From positions 17,321-81,320 of IMG/VR virus record IMGVR_UViG_3300028886_000078: a stretch of 64,000 bases of DNA; one strand, 5' to 3'. The position numbers and the translations under genes are program-made. Below the pieces are notes generated by a model, which ran no database searches, was not told the DNA's origin, and worked only from the letters and a program-made list of their open reading frames with translations. This DNA is from a virus (Duplodnaviria > Caudoviricetes). Numbering within the stretch: position 1 is the first letter of the stretch; each line of letters starts with the position of its first letter. This document shows positions 63,655-64,000 of this stretch, piece by piece.

Positions 63655-64000
63655 GCTCAAAATCCTAAAAAGTTACTCAAAATAGCAATAAACTATTTAA
63701 GATTTGTAAAAGTTTATTGCATGTTTGAGAGTGTTTATTACTTTTTAACCACATGTATGAGCCTAGAACACAGTTCTGAACTGTTACAGAATCCAAAAAC
63801 ATGCTCAAAGTATCAATAAACTATTGCCAAAGGGCAATAGTTTATTGCATGTTTGAAAGGTTTTGTTCACTTTTTAATCAGTTGTATGATACTAGAACTG
63901 GGTTCTTGATGGGTACAGAATCCATAAAAGTGGCTCAAAGTATCAATAAACTATTGCCAAAGGGCAATAGTTTATTGCATGTTTGAAAGGTTTTGTTCAC
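63655..64000 (+). repeat. Palindromic repeat array C (at least 3 cores, periods 128/130 bp; runs off the window)
   Basis: Cores at 63689, 63817 and 63947; reverse-complement homolog of array A. Confidence 0.9.

Noticed and set aside
1-64000. Alternative genetic code (stop-codon reassignment)
   Set aside because: Long conserved genes are intact and coding density is high under the standard code.

Overview
AT-rich fragment of a large T4-like (myovirus) phage genome in the standard genetic code. Its scattered structural-gene layout resembles Campylobacter group II/III phages (inference). Structural genes: gp6-like wedge, gp25, gp13-like neck, two tail-tube-like genes, gp21 protease, gp22 scaffold, gp20 portal and tail fibres, many under TATAAATA late promoters. 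Other recognisable genes: RNA ligase, NrdG, two adenine methyltransferases, AAA ATPase, amidoligase, a HicB-like protein and TnpB. Two long blocks of small accessory ORFs lie at about 24-36 kb and 43-56 kb. Most notable: (1) a lone tnpB bounded by perfect 26-bp TGT...ACA terminal inverted repeats; (2) a G9 tract frameshifting a tail-fibre gene and an in-frame G10 tract inside a methyltransferase; (3) three arrays of about 130-bp palindrome-bearing repeats, one inverted relative to the other two; (4) about 20 paralogs of an unknown two-domain protein whose conserved C-terminus encodes the next gene's RBS; (5) sigma70 promoters with CRP-like boxes at lac-type spacing; (6) late genes with capsid-targeting-like leaders, including an MqsR-like RNase. 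All calls are by eye, with no database searches.
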